Assembly: GCA_964016885.1 (NCBI GenBank)
Contig: OZ024743.1
Span: 38,130,001 to 38,194,000, forward strand
DNA: 64,000 nt
Direction of reading: 5' to 3'
DNA from: Eledone cirrhosa
Taxonomy: Eukaryota
Made by a program: the position numbers and the translations under genes. Of the stretch, positions 1-15,690 are shown piece after piece. Under the pieces are notes generated by a model. It was not told the DNA's origin. It saw nothing but the letters and a program-made list of their open reading frames with translations, and ran no database searches. The number at the start of each line of letters is the position of its first letter. Within the stretch, counting starts at the first letter, position 1.

Positions 1-541
1 CGGTGTTAAGGCAACCACGTCACCTTTTTGTTCAACACTGACACAGGAACGATGTACTAGTTTCAAGCTTGTTAGCTATCGTCAGCACCGTATACCCTTC
101 TGCCAGATGGTTGAACGTTCGAAAGTATATACTTTCCTTATGAAAATTAACGGCTGAGCAGCCTAATTTGCATATCGAGTGCGTTCAGTCCGCCAGGCGC
201 ACCGAAAACGATAAATTGGAATAGAATGAAATGAAATTTCATTTCTCACTCTTAGTACGGCACTTACTTAAATGTAAGTATGTATGTATACGTACATACA
301 TATATGTATACATATATGTACATACATATATGTACATTCATATATGTATACAGACGTAAGAGTGAGAAATGAAATTTCGTTTCATTCTATTCCAATTTAT
401 CGTTATATATATATATATATATCCATGCTACTGTACGTCTATATACATATTTGTATGTACGTATACATACATACTTACATTTAAGTAAGTGCCGTACTAA
501 GAGTGAGAAAAGAAATTTCGTTTCATTCTATTCCAATTTAT
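1..541 (-). mobile_element. HHR-bearing non-coding element, family A (truncated at window edge), with inverted terminal copy
   Basis: 211-300 is the reverse complement of about 455-541. The same family occurs at 19210-19388 and 47060-47690. Bounded by (TA)n. Confidence 0.7.
50..90 (-). ncRNA. Minimal type I hammerhead ribozyme
   Basis: Minus strand reads cggtg-CUGACGA-u-agcu(aaca)agcu-u-GAAA-cuag-UA-caucg: 5-bp stem I, palindromic stem III, GUA cleavage triplet. Confidence 0.85.
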
Positions 542-728
542 ATATATATATATACATATATATAGTTAAAGAAAGAAGAGTAATATGATTGACTTTACAC
601 TAAGGGCTTTATTTAAAGTACTGACAATTGTTTAGTTGATCAGGTGTGTCTAGAGTTCGGTAATCGCTTCAGGTTGCGTCAATCAATCTCCAATACATTG
701 TTTACCACTGGTCAACACATTGGACCAC

Positions 729-805
<77 letters not shown>

Positions 806-907
806 TTCCGAATAATAATAACTCCAGAAAACTTTCTTGTAGAGTGCTTTTAATCTATTGTAAAACTATATTCATTGAGTAATCAATGAACCCTATTAAA
901 GTTTAGT

Positions 908-955
<48 letters not shown>

Positions 956-958
<3 letters not shown>

Positions 959-1578
959 AATTAAGATAAATCAAATGAAGTTAATCCCAATCAAAATTAT
1001 GGGTGTCATGCCAGAAAGACATGCGCCATATCACCCGCAAAATAAGCTCTAAGATTCTAACGAGTAGGTCCGAGCATTTTATAATAACTAGAAATTGATT
1101 AACATATAAATAAACATGAGATAATTTTTACAAGTGTGTAACCACACATAGCTAGGTAGGTAACTACATAAAGTTGACCAGAACTTCAAAAATAGATACC
1201 TTATAATATGATTAATCTTCCCTGTATATATTCCATTAAATAAATATATTACACCAATTAATCGGATGGTAAACCACGGAAGTGGATACTTGGATTTTCA
1301 ACAAGGAAGAAGTTCCAGCGATCATTGTTTACACTTCAAGTTCAAATCAGCAACTGGCCAGTAACACGTGCTATATCTACTAGAAATACACACATCGCAC
1401 TAGCTTCGTCCCAGTAGCGTGAATAGGGTTATCGACAACTAGAAACAGCAGTCGAGTCCTTTCAACAGAGTTAGCTCTACAATTAAGGAGCCGTATTTAT
1501 ATATCTATATCCAAAATTAAGATAAATCAAATGAATTTAATCCAAATCAAAATTATGGGTGTCATGCCAGAAAGACAT
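956..1578. mobile_element. About 556-bp unit with a 67-bp terminal direct repeat, inserted in (TA)n
   Basis: 956-1022 is repeated at 1512-1578. A degenerate HHR-like core (CUGUUGA...) lies on the minus strand near 1400-1478. Confidence 0.5.
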
Positions 1579-1589
1579 ATATATATATA

Positions 1590-2350
1590 AAAGAAATAGG
1601 ATTTCACTTCAAGCATAGCTTTATACAATTTGTATAAATATTTCGTATCTCCAAAGAAATACGGTTTTAGGAAGCCGTAGCTAAGCAAATACCGGGGGGA
1701 TAACGCCCTCTGGTGATGTCCAGCTGAAGCAAGGGGGACAACCGTCTATGCATTTCAGGCTTAACTGGCCATCGTCAGGACGGTCGCTCCCACCGCTTGC
1801 GTCTGCTGGACTAGAAGACAGGCGAGAATATATATTTATCTCGTATGTGTAAATGAGGTGATTAATCTCATTTGCATATGATGCTACATAAGTTGGCTCA
1901 ACTTATAATAAAAAAGAAATAGGATTTCGCTTCAAGCATAGCTTTATACAAATAAATACGGTTTTAGGAAGCTGTAGCTATGCAAACACCGGGGAGGGGG
2001 GGGGGGCTAACACCTTCTGTTGATGTCCAGCAGAGGCAAGGGGGACAACCGTCAATGGATTTCAGGCTTAACTGGCCATCTTCAGTTGCTCAATGCGAAC
2101 GAAAAACAAGAAAGAAGGGAACGTATGAAGACATTTACATAGACGAGAAAACTATATATTCTCGCCTGTCTTCTAGTCCAGCAGTCGCAAGCGGTGGGAG
2201 GGACCGTCTTGATGATGGCCAGTTAAGCCTGAAATGCATAGACGGTTGTCCCCCTTGCTTCTGCTGGATATCACCATAGGGCGTTAGCACCCCGGTCGGT
2301 GTTTGCATAGCTACGGCTTCCTAAAACCGTATTTCTTTGGAGATACGAAA

Positions 2351-2351
<1 letters not shown>
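1590..2351. mobile_element. HHR element: two tandem minus-strand copies plus one inverted copy
   Basis: 1590-1845 is partly repeated at 1912-2085. 2135-2351 is its reverse complement. (TA)n on both sides. Confidence 0.75.
1741..1784 (-). ncRNA. Minimal type I hammerhead ribozyme (inverted copy at 2203-2246 +, with C3U)
   Basis: accguc-CUGACGA-u-ggc(caguuaa)gcc-u-GAAA-ugca-UA-gacggu: perfect 6-bp stem I and palindromic stem III. Confidence 0.85.
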
Positions 2352-2383
<32 letters not shown>

Positions 2384-2709
2384 TTTTAATTTTTTTAAAA
2401 TTTATTTATACTCTTTATATTAACTGCAATACACAGAGGTAATGAAATGCGAACAAGTATTTTAACACTTTGCAGGAGAAATAGAGTGATTTCTAGATTA
2501 AGTCTTCCATTTGTTCATTGCAATTTGAAGAATAGTATCAATGTATTACGTGCTTACTGGTCTTCATAAAAATATACATACGCTGTATATAATGGTTATC
2601 ATCGATCGAGCCCGACTGTGGCATCCAGATCTCGTCGGATTTCTGTTTACAGCACCTAAAGTAACTGGTCGTTACAATCCCTGAACTATATATATATATA
2701 TGAAGTAGA

Positions 2710-4330
2710 AAGCCGTCATGTTGTAAATTTTGAGCAAATGCTTGCGAATAGAAAGAGGATGTCAAAATAGAAAATATTAAAAAGGCTAAATTAATGGTGA
2801 TCGTAATTTGCGTTAAGTAAAACGGAATTGGTGGTCAGAACTTGCATGTGATATGCAGATAAAAACTGATTAAAGGAATTGAAAGAATTCTATAATTTGA
2901 TGAATGTAGCCTTTGGGCCATGGTCCCCTAAGTTAACACCAATGAATGCTCAAATGTACTAATAGATATGGATAGCGTAGCTAAAATGTAAAAGGAACAT
3001 TTCAATATTTTATTAAATAGAGATTGTCAGGTTGACCAAAACGTTATCAGCAACGTTCAGTCCATATCCACAGTTCTTTTTCTTAATGTTCCTCATAGTT
3101 TGAAGAACTACGTAGTAGCATCAAGAAACGTAACGTAGATAAAGTTGTAGGAAAATATGTTTTGTTCGTGGAGACTTCAGATATAGTATTGAAAGACTAA
3201 GAAACATCATTCATGAATGAATTCTAGAAATATGGCGGAAGGGTGAACTACCAAATTATTGGAAAGATGCAAAAATGATGATTTAACAGAATACGAAAAG
3301 CCAACAGGAAAATGCGGAAAGTAGAGGAATAGCTCTTCACTGTGCTGTTGAAAATATGATTGTTGCTTGCAAGACTAATTCATAATACACCAAAAAGACG
3401 CAATGTGGCTTCCACCCCCAAAAAGTACGATTAAAATGATCTTTAGTGCACGTCAAATTCAAGAAAATTGTTATGACCAGCCAGAGAGCCTGTATCAATA
3501 TTTGAGGATTTAACTATAACAAACGCGTTTGGTACTGTGAAAAGAGCTGCTCTGTGGGAGACCCTTGTCCGGTTAGGGTGCGCGGAACACCTTTTTAATA
3601 TAATCAAAGGTTTCATGACGACAAAGAGTTTTGAATAAAAGTTGGTGCCATAATTTCAGAGCCAATCAAATAAAAATGGTGTATAACAGAGTGATCATCT
3701 GTCTCCTATACCTCTATCTGGGGTTCTCATTGATTCCTTTAGGTATGTTGAAGAATAAATCTTCACCACATATATCTCTTCTGCAAACCCTGCTAAACAG
3801 CTAGCGATTTGTTGCAAAAACTAATAATCTGCAACCTCCCATTCGCGATCTGGTTTATGGCTGCGACCTTGTTTCCAATTCACTCACAGATATGAAAATG
3901 CTGTGGACAAATTATATTATTCATGTAAAACCTTTCGATTAACTATTACCATCGTTGAAACTGTTGTAATATCTCAACCTGCTGCGGCATCTCATTATAA
4001 GGAACCGCCCAGTCACGTAAGTGAACAAGAAAGTATTCCGCAAATTTCTATTTATGGTAAGTTACTACCTAGAGCATGATCACAATACAAACCAAAGTTA
4101 CCTTTCAAGAATTGTGTGAAAGTTTTCTGAATGTATTCTATGATTGATCCATCTCACTAGGAGATCAACCAATTTGATAGAAACAAATGGTACATCTCTA
4201 TATACAATGAATGATGTAAGACATTATCAGTGATTTGTGTCGGAATTGTCTAGAATTTAGAGTGCAGCATAGACATGCCAACTAACGGAGACCTGCGTAT
4301 CTCGAATTTTATACAATATCTGTGGCCAAA
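2710..4330 (+). mobile_element. Heavily decayed RTE-type LINE (reverse transcriptase remnants)
   Basis: Broken-frame remnants resembling QCGF...ST..MIF.ARQIQE.C near 3400-3480 and a VKQG..LSP-like motif near 3680-3710. Many stops. Confidence 0.5.
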
Positions 4331-5153
4331 TATGCCTGTCAATAGCTGACTTTAAAGGCCACAAACGTAAGCATACCAAAAGTACAGCCAGTCCCTTGCA
4401 GCCAATTTCATGTGCGGTACATGTGGCAAAGAAATTTCGAACGGTTGGGGAGTGGGAAGGTATTCAAAAATACATGATTATGGTCCGAATCGGACTAATG
4501 AGCCGAATGATAGGAGTGAAATCCAATGTTTTATTTATGCAGCAAATCATACAAGTTCCATGTAGACTTTAAAACCCAGTGCAGGGTAAGGAACCATCAA
4601 TAGATATATCGTCTTTCAGCCATAGTCTTACTCCTCTAACGTGTCATCGTCTATCCTGTATGCATGTATGTATGTATATATATGTATGAATGTGTGTATG
4701 TATGTATGTAAGTATGCATGCATATAGATATAAACCAAAACTTCACAAACTAACTCACCAACATATTTATATATAAAATGGAGAAAATTATTGAAATTAT
4801 GTAAATTCCTTACTCAATGCACATCGTAACTAAACCCCACTATATGAATAAATGAGGGAATATAGTTTGAGAATAATGGTCAGATATATTTCACTCAGCC
4901 CTGTTGTTTTATAAAGTAGTTACTTTAGATATTGAGGCCAGTGGACCTAACTTTCAGTTAAGAAATATAATAGACATGGCAATAATAGCTTTGTCAAGCG
5001 TATCTTTCCTTATCATGGAAGGGACCACAAAACAAAGAGAAAGAGGATACGAATGATGAGCTTCTGCAAACAATTTATCTTTTGCCAGCTCCATTGAAAG
5101 GAACAATAGCGGTGAATGGGCGTTATACACACACACACAGACACACACACACA

Positions 5154-5207
<54 letters not shown>

Positions 5208-5246
5208 CACATACACACTCACACACACATACACACACACACACAT

Positions 5247-5290
<44 letters not shown>

Positions 5291-6060
5291 ATATGAAATT
5301 TATTTACGTTAATTCAATTCTATTCTATTTAAGTATAAAATGCGTGCATAATATTCAGACATTGCAACGAGGAAAATATATATAGAGACATATCGAGACA
5401 ATAAAACGTAACTAATACAAGCAAGCATATAGCAAACAGAGAAACATAATCGTTTTTTCTTTACACACAGTACGCGTATATATATTTGTAAATGTTTATA
5501 AATACTTGATCAATTCGTGTCTAAAAATCCGCTGCGCAAACTATCGTATCGCTCTATGTGTGTTGTCTGCTTCATTTCACATACAAAGACAGCCACTGAT
5601 GTCGAAGATTGTATGTTTAGATATGACCTAAACAGTAATGTTCATTTACGTCTACGCCTGAGAGATAGATAATGATTAGGACATATAAGCACGAAATATC
5701 AAGATGGGGAACAAAGCTCCTAATTTGAATCAAACAAATTGTGGCACGCTATGATTATATCTATAATAATATCATCAAAACAAAACTAGATTTCATCTAC
5801 AAAAATATTTATCCTTTTTTTTTTAAATCGGCAACATATCAATAAAGTTCATTAATAACATAACCCTTTAGTTCTTATTGTTGTTTAGATATGAATGAAT
5901 CAATCAATCAACTAATCAACGCAGTGTCAATCTATTTCACTTTCTATATTTACTTATTTGTTTGCGCGTGTTTGTCTTGTGTTTGTTTGATTTTGGTTGC
6001 GGCTGATTTTAGTTCTCATTAGTGATATATACATACTTCAGGAAACACTTATACGTCCAC

Positions 6061-6120
<60 letters not shown>

Positions 6121-6124
<4 letters not shown>

Positions 6125-7245
6125 CCACTAACACCACTAACCCACTGCTCCTTTTCACCGCCCACCCCACAACTAACAATACTAACACCCCCAACCCACC
6201 ACCGACCACCCTCCCCCAACTAACAATACCAACATCTCCCACCCTTCCCCCTCGACCTGCCTCCCCCACCCCCTATCACGCACACACCCACCGGTACATA
6301 TATACACGCACTCACATTATCCACACACCCTACTACCACCAATAACCCTCACCCACACATCCACTCCCACCACACCACAACTAATACCACTAACACACCC
6401 CCCGTCCCCACGCACACGAACACACCCACCCACTCACACACACTCTACACACCTTACCACCACTGACCCCCACTAACACACTCACTTTCAACCCTTTCAC
6501 CACCACCACTATACTAACACCCACTAACACCCCCTTCACCACACACACATTCATCGAAACACGCACACACACACACCAGTACACTACACTGCCTCCACCG
6601 TCCCCCATACCTTTCTCTCCCTCTCCGCGCTCCACACACACATCCCACTAACACCTCTACTAATACACACCCCATCCCCCCGCACGGCCCCCTCCTCACT
6701 CCACCTTTCACACCTACCCAACCTCTCCCCTGTTCACCGCACCTCTGCACACACTGACACACTGACTTTCACCACCTGCCATTCTCCTCTACTGCTGCTA
6801 TGCGTTGACCCTCTGACCACTTCTCTGCACACACAGACCCACAGACCTCTCCACCTGGCATTCTCCTCTACCCTCCTCCTGCCAGGACCCTCTGACCACT
6901 TCCTGTTGTGCGCGCACCCAACATCTCCCCTCTTGCGATCAACACAACCACGGATTACACACCATTGACCATCGTTCCCACCATCAACTCCATCACAAGG
7001 AAAATATCCGGCAAGTCACCACCACCCTCTACGGAACTACCTTAGGAACTTACCCACGGACATACACACAAACAAATTTTTCCAGCCACGCCACCTACAT
7101 CCACAATACGCATAAACACCACACACACGTGCGTACCCCCACATATATACACACTCAGCCTCCTAAATCCTCTCGTAGAAGAGACATCGATGACGAGAGT
7201 ACGAATACATGCAGACATTTAAATATAAATGCAATGTAAGTATAC
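6121..7245 (+). mobile_element. C/A-rich PLE-related 3' remnant
   Basis: Lies between (TA)n tracts. 6900-7045 resembles 25095-25205, a GIY-YIG C-terminal-like segment (T..PYG). Confidence 0.35.
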
Positions 7246-7275
7246 AGACGCAAACACACATATACACACATGCAC

Positions 7276-7348
<73 letters not shown>

Positions 7349-7867
7349 AAAGAATAGAGGTGTAACACACAAGTTATTATATATTGGTAAACGGAATAGA
7401 ACATGCTGACAAATTGTTCACACTGAAAAATAGTTTAATTAGGAATAAATGACAATTAGTAATTGTATTGGTTAGTATTCAGTTTTGGTTTTAAGTTTTA
7501 CCGGTTGCGCATTTCTAAATGCTTTTCAAAAATAATTTTGAGATAGAGTGTCCGTGATGTTTGCTCTGATCTGATTAGTTTTGGGAATTCTACCTGTTTT
7601 TATGTTAAAAAAATGGCTCCAGCGCTATTAAAATTATTTTTTGCGCCAATTCGTGTTGCAAAAATTCTTGTGGTCAAAACCATTTTGATTGGTCAGTAGA
7701 GGTCATGTGAATGTAAAAAATTGATTTTGCGCCAAGACTGAGAAATTACTCTTTCACAATAAATATGTGTGTGTGTAGTAGTAGTAAAGTGTTCGTTGTT
7801 GTGATAATGGTTAGCAGGGATGTGTGTGCGAACCGCAGCCCGTTGACAGTTCAAATGCCTATTAAGA

Positions 7868-7925
<58 letters not shown>

Positions 7926-8037
7926 TGTAGCAGAGTAATTCGTGGTAGAGATGGTCAGTAGGAATGTGTCTGTAAGGAAGTGGAGGATATTTTAACATGT
8001 TAAAAGATATTTTTCAGCTCTTGTCTTATACGGAGAA

Positions 8038-10090
<2,053 letters not shown>

Positions 10091-11252
10091 ACACTTCTCC
10101 CTAAGACGAACCCACAACATACACACGTCAACATACATACCTACATCAGCACACATCTCTACCCACATATAAACACAATGACATACGTAAACACACATGT
10201 TCTATGGTGCAACACAAAAAAAAAATATATATGTGTATATATATATATAGTGAATATCATTTCACACGTTTTATTGTTAAGGTTTTTGATGTTCTATTGA
10301 GAGAATCGATTTTACTGAAAATATCGAATAATGTACACCATTTTACCAGGAGAAAATACTGGTCCACCCACACACACACACACACACATTCTCACACACA
10401 CTCACACACGCGCGTACATTAACATACAAAGATACTTATACACACACACACACACACACACACTTCTCCGTATAAGACAAGAGCTGAAAAATATCTTTTA
10501 ACATGTTAACATATCCCTCACTCCCTTACAAACACATTCCTACTGACCATCCCTCTACCACGAATTACTCTGCTACACATACAGACACACACACACACAC
10601 ACACACACACACTTCTCCGTATAAGACAAGAGCTGAAAAATATCTTTTGACATGTTAAAATATCCCCCACTACCTTACAGACACATTCCTACTGACCATC
10701 CCTCTACCACGAATTACTCTGCTACACATACAGACACACACACACACACACACTTCTCCGTATAAGACAAGAGCTGAAAAATATCTTTTGACATGTTAAA
10801 ATATCCCCCACTACCTTACAGACACATTCCTACTGACAATCCCTCTACCACGAATTACTCTGCTACACACACACACACACACACACACACACCAACATAC
10901 ACACACACTTGTCTTAATAGGCATTTGAACTGTCAACAGGCTGCGGTTCGCACACACATCCCTGCTAACCATTATCACAACAACGTACACTTTACTGCTG
11001 CTACTACTACACACACACATATTTGTTGTGAAAGAGTCATTTCTCAGTCTTGGCGCAAAATCACTTTTTTACATTCACATGACCTCTACCGACCAATCAA
11101 AATTGTTTTGACCACAAGAATTTTTGCAGCACGAATTGGCGCAAAAAATAATTTTAATAGAGCTGTAGCCATTTTTTTAACATAAAAACAGGTAGAATTC
11201 CCAAAACTAATCAGATCAGAGCAAACATCACGGACGCTCTATCTCAAAATTA

Positions 11253-11289
11253 TTTTTGAAAAGCATTTAGAAATGCGCAACCGGTAAAA
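11253..11289 (+). ncRNA. Non-canonical hammerhead-like motif in the PLE pLTR (U3-A8, GCAA)
   Basis: uuu-UUGAAAA-gcauu(uaga)aaugc-GCAA-ccgg-UA-aaa. The same core is on the minus strand near 7495-7531 and 46985-47018. Confidence 0.55.
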
Positions 11290-11627
11290 CTTAAAACCAA
11301 AACTGAATACTAACCAATACAATTACTAATTCTCATTTATTCCTAATTAAACTATTTTTCACTGTGAACAATTTGTCAGCATTTTCTACTCCGTTTACCA
11401 ATATATATATATATACATATATATATATATGATGGTAAAGAAGGGTAGGTTACAACTGTAGTAAGTAGAGCACTCAGTCCGAAGGAGGAGTTGGCTATAG
11501 GAGTTTGCTATTCAACACACGTCCACGAGAATGGTTTTCTAATTTGTTATGGGACTAATTATCGCTCTCCCGCTCTCTCTCTCTCTCTCTCTTTCTTTCT
11601 CTCTCTCTGTACATATATATACATATA

Positions 11628-11714
<87 letters not shown>

Positions 11715-11859
11715 ATGTGTGTCTGTGTGTTTGAGAGAGAGAGAGAGAAGATAAAAACACGAATACAAGCACACACATGCAAACACACATACACACACAC
11801 GTCCCCTCGCACACACATACACTACACACACACACATATATATATATACTAGGTTACTC

Positions 11860-14326
11860 GTGATGGAAATATGAATGGAGTGGCTTCATTAGACATATCT
11901 TCCTTTGATGGGTTTCTCGATTATGAACACGTCCTTCCAGCACAAACCCATCCATAAATACTCATAGTATAAAGTAAATCGGGGAAAGATATCAGTAATT
12001 TTGGTATTGCCTTTGATCTCTTTGATTCTGGGCTGGCCGATTGTGTTAAGAGAGGGGCTGAGTTTTCAACTGATCACCGTCTAAGTCCAAGAAAACCCAC
12101 AAAACTGGTATATCCTGTTCGATCTACGTGATTAAATGAGGAAATCTGGCTCAAAAGAAGGCCACTGTTGTTGTTGTTGTTGTTGTTGTTACAGCTCACA
12201 CCTATGCAGGTTTAGCTGGCCTCCTCCTCAGCATATCTCGTTGGGGGTGTCTTGGGTGATTTAATGATAGGGACCCCAGTCCTATCATCTCATTTCTACA
12301 GCTGAGTAAACTAGAACAACGTGAAATAAAGTGCCTTGCTCAAGGAAACAACACATCACCCGGTCCGATAATTGAACTCACAACATTTCGATTGCAATCC
12401 CAATAGTATCACTGGATACTATTGCATTCAATTTCAAAGAACTCTTTGAGAAGTCTGTGGACGTTAAAACGAAGTTGGGATTGTTCAACTCTGGTTTCTG
12501 CCTCAGCTGTCACATGCTGCGGACGAATGTGGCTTGATGGATGCCAAATGGCAGGAGAAGCCTTTGGTTCCATGAATCCGTTAAATATATCATCCAAACA
12601 GAGAAGATGGCTCACATATCTTGTTTCGGACATATGTCTCCAACTCATGCACTTGTCATACAAGCAGGCGCGAATCTTCGTAGCAGAAACATTAAAGGTA
12701 GATAATATAGGAGGTCGTTGAAGCTAAGCTGGAATCCGATTTAGGATCAGCAAATAAAGGTTTCTGGCAGACCATCCTCCGCAGTCGTAATAAGAAGTCC
12801 CATTCCACGCTAGGGATCACGAACTCGTCTGTTGTTCTCCTCTATTCGGAGAGGTTCAGCTTCGCAATGTGGAGACAATGCCTTGCTGAACGCGTAAACA
12901 TGGTTACAAACCTCTTCTTAATTACAACAGGTCCATCTGGTAAAGTAAGGAGGGTAATTCATTTGCTGAAATGTGGCAAGGACGCTGGGAAGGATGAAAG
13001 TTTGCCTGGGTTGTTTAAAGCCTTAAATATGGAAGGTAATCAATCACTGGATGACTCGTGTGTGCCGGTGGGCATGGATCTATATAAAGGTACCTAACCA
13101 ACGGCAATCGGGAGTGCTAAACGCAATTTATCACTCCCGATTATATGACAATAATGATTGCTCTAATTATAGAAGGATCTCTTTGTTAAGCATCCACGTG
13201 TATGAGGCTTGCAAGAGATATAAAGATAGCGTTTAATCCAAGCTAACTGATGAGGAATTGTTGTTTTCACCACGGACGTAGCAAAGCCGACCAAATATTT
13301 ACATTGGGGCAGGTCTTTAATGAACTGTGAGAGGATTGTTAGGCGATGTATGTTTGTTTTTATACCTCACACAGGCATAACACCGCGTTACACCGGATTG
13401 TCGTGGACGTTTCTTCAGGAGTCGATAGAAAGCTATTTGCCTTATTATGCCCTAGTATTCTGTACTCGTACAAATGGTGCTATGACGAAAATATTGAATG
13501 CGCTAACAGTGCGTAATCTCATCTCTCCTGTTCATAATTTTCATGGGCAAGGTTGACATGCGAAGTCAATCTGGAAGTGGCATCAAAACTGATAGTGTAG
13601 CGTCTGTCCGATTGAATTTGCAGACGCCAAGGTATTACATAACTCGTCAGAAGGTGATTTCCAAGGTGCAATTGATAGGGTTTCTGACAAGTTCACGAAA
13701 AAATGTAAATCAGTGCTTTGAAGACAGATACACTGCTTCTCTCACGGATGTCTACGCAGAGTACTCTACATGTGAGTGGAGTTCCACTGAAGAAGGTACA
13801 GAAGATCAAGTGTCTCGGGGCTGTATGAAGTATAAAAATAAAAGTTGCAGGAGCTGGTAAAGTAATGGGCCAGGGTCACTATTAAATCATTAAAAGGCGA
13901 GGGAATAGGAAACTCTGAAGTTGCTCTCTTTAAAACGGTTTTCATGCCAACCCAAACCAGTTGTCAAAAATTTCGCTTAATGACTGAAATAATACGAACG
14001 CGATTACATTACTCGGCCTAAATAGGGCTCCCACGAATAGTTTTGGACATCAGTGGTGTTACTCCATGTAGAGCCGCTACGTATCCGAACTGAAACATCG
14101 CGGCTCCAATACTACGGACCTATGGTCAGAATATGAAAGGAAAGAATCGCTAAATCAATTTTAATGGTAAAACCAATCGGGAGGCGTCTCAGGTGTAGAA
14201 AGATGGTTGGATAACTTGACTGGTCTGACTTGAGGATGAAACCAGATGAATTACAGACAGTTGATCTGGAAAGGATGTTTGAAGGTTCTGCATCCCAGGA
14301 ATAAGTTGCAGACGGAGGCGGCGGCG
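11860..14326 (+). mobile_element. Decayed RTE-type LINE ending in a (GAA)n tail
   Basis: Remnants GKDAGKDE, CSNYRRISLLS, GRS..DQIFTL and a C-terminal RLQYYGPMVR...RIAKSIL..KPIGRR. Followed directly by (GAA)n. Confidence 0.6.
12285..12405 (-). mobile_element. SINE fragment (related fragment at about 18625-18745)
   Basis: Shared cagctg...cgtgaaataaa.tgccttg...cccgg...ttgaactc block with a B-box-like GAGTTCAAT on the minus strand. Confidence 0.55.
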
Positions 14327-14408
14327 GAAGAAGAAGAAGAAGAAGAAGAAGAAGAAGAAGAAGAAGAAGAAGAAGAAGAAGAAGAAGAAGAAGAAGAAGA
14401 AGAAGAAG

Positions 14409-14440
<32 letters not shown>

Positions 14441-14458
14441 GAAGAAGAAGAAGAAGAA

Positions 14459-14489
<31 letters not shown>

Positions 14490-14560
14490 AAGAAGAAGAA
14501 GAAGAAGAAGAAGAAGAAGAAGAAGAAGAAGAAGAAGAAGAAGAAGAAGAAGAAGAAGAA
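14327..14560 (+). repeat. (GAA)n microsatellite, probable LINE tail
   Basis: Nearly pure GAA run. Confidence 0.95.
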
Positions 14561-14759
14561 ATACATTTGGCCGTTGATACTGTACTGATGGCAGTAGTAG
14601 TTTTGTAGTAGGGATGATGTATGTGCGGTATTGAGGAGGATGCGTAAAATGGCGGACGTGTTGTTGAGATAATGACAATGTTGTTGATTATGATGCCAAA
14701 TATAACGGCTGTGAAAAATATAGATTGTTATTGTTGATATATTTCATAACAAATTTGAT

Positions 14760-15042
14760 TATGATTATTGCTAATGGTGATGATGCGTATGTTATTGATG
14801 ATGTAGTTGCTGCTGGTGTTACTGCTGATGATGATTCGTATGGTAATGATGATGTAGTTGATGCTGGTGCTACTGCTTATGATGATCGGTATGTTAATGA
14901 TGATGTAGCCGCTGCTGGTCTTACTGTTGAATATAATGGGGATAGTGATGTCGATGATGCAGATGGTTACTATGGTGTTGTGATCGCTGATTATGATTTG
15001 GATGACGATGAAGGTGAAGCTGGGTAGATTGGTGATGCTTGC

Positions 15043-15073
<31 letters not shown>

Positions 15074-15690
15074 CTTTTAATAAAGGTGATGATGTTAGAG
15101 TTTATGAAGCTGATAGTCATAGTGGTGCTGATGAAGATGATGATGATGATGGGAAATTGATTAAGGTGTTGTGGAAGATCAGGATAGTCATGGTTTTAAT
15201 CAAATTGATGATGTGAGTAGTAGTGATTGTGCTGGTCATAGTGTTCGTAAGTGTAGTAGTCAAATTGAAGTTTGAAGGGAAATGTGATGTGGAAGTTGAC
15301 AATGATGCTGATGATGATGCTGGTTGTATCAGTCACGAGTACATTTTATCGCCCATTTTCCAAATTATCACGTTATCTCTAAGATTTACGTCATTGCTGA
15401 TCACAATAATGTAGACGTATTTATAGTTTCTGTTGTTATTGTTGCTGTTACTGCCATATGATTTTGTGTGTTGTTGTTGTTTTTATTGTTGGCGGAGATG
15501 GGGAGTTTTATGGAGACAATTGTATAGAGATGTTAATGGCGTTGGTTATAATTATTTATGTTGTTGCTAATGTTTTAGTTTTATTGTCATTATTATTTCT
15601 ATGTTGCTGCTAGTGCTGATTATGATTATAATAATGGTGATGATGTTTGTGATGATGATGAAGTTTACAATGATTATCGTGCTGATGGCA
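14760..15690. repeat. Degenerate (GAT/GTT)n low-complexity tract
   Basis: gatgat and gttgtt rich. The Asp/Ile-rich ORFs here are by-products of the repeat. Confidence 0.75.

Noticed and set aside
618-696. HHR remnant on the minus strand (guauu/aguac stem, caauug-UC)
   Set aside because: Both conserved core segments are mutated, so it is too degenerate to call.
14112-15120. Poly-L/F/E and Asp-rich ORFs
   Set aside because: They derive from (GAA)n and (GAT)n repeats.
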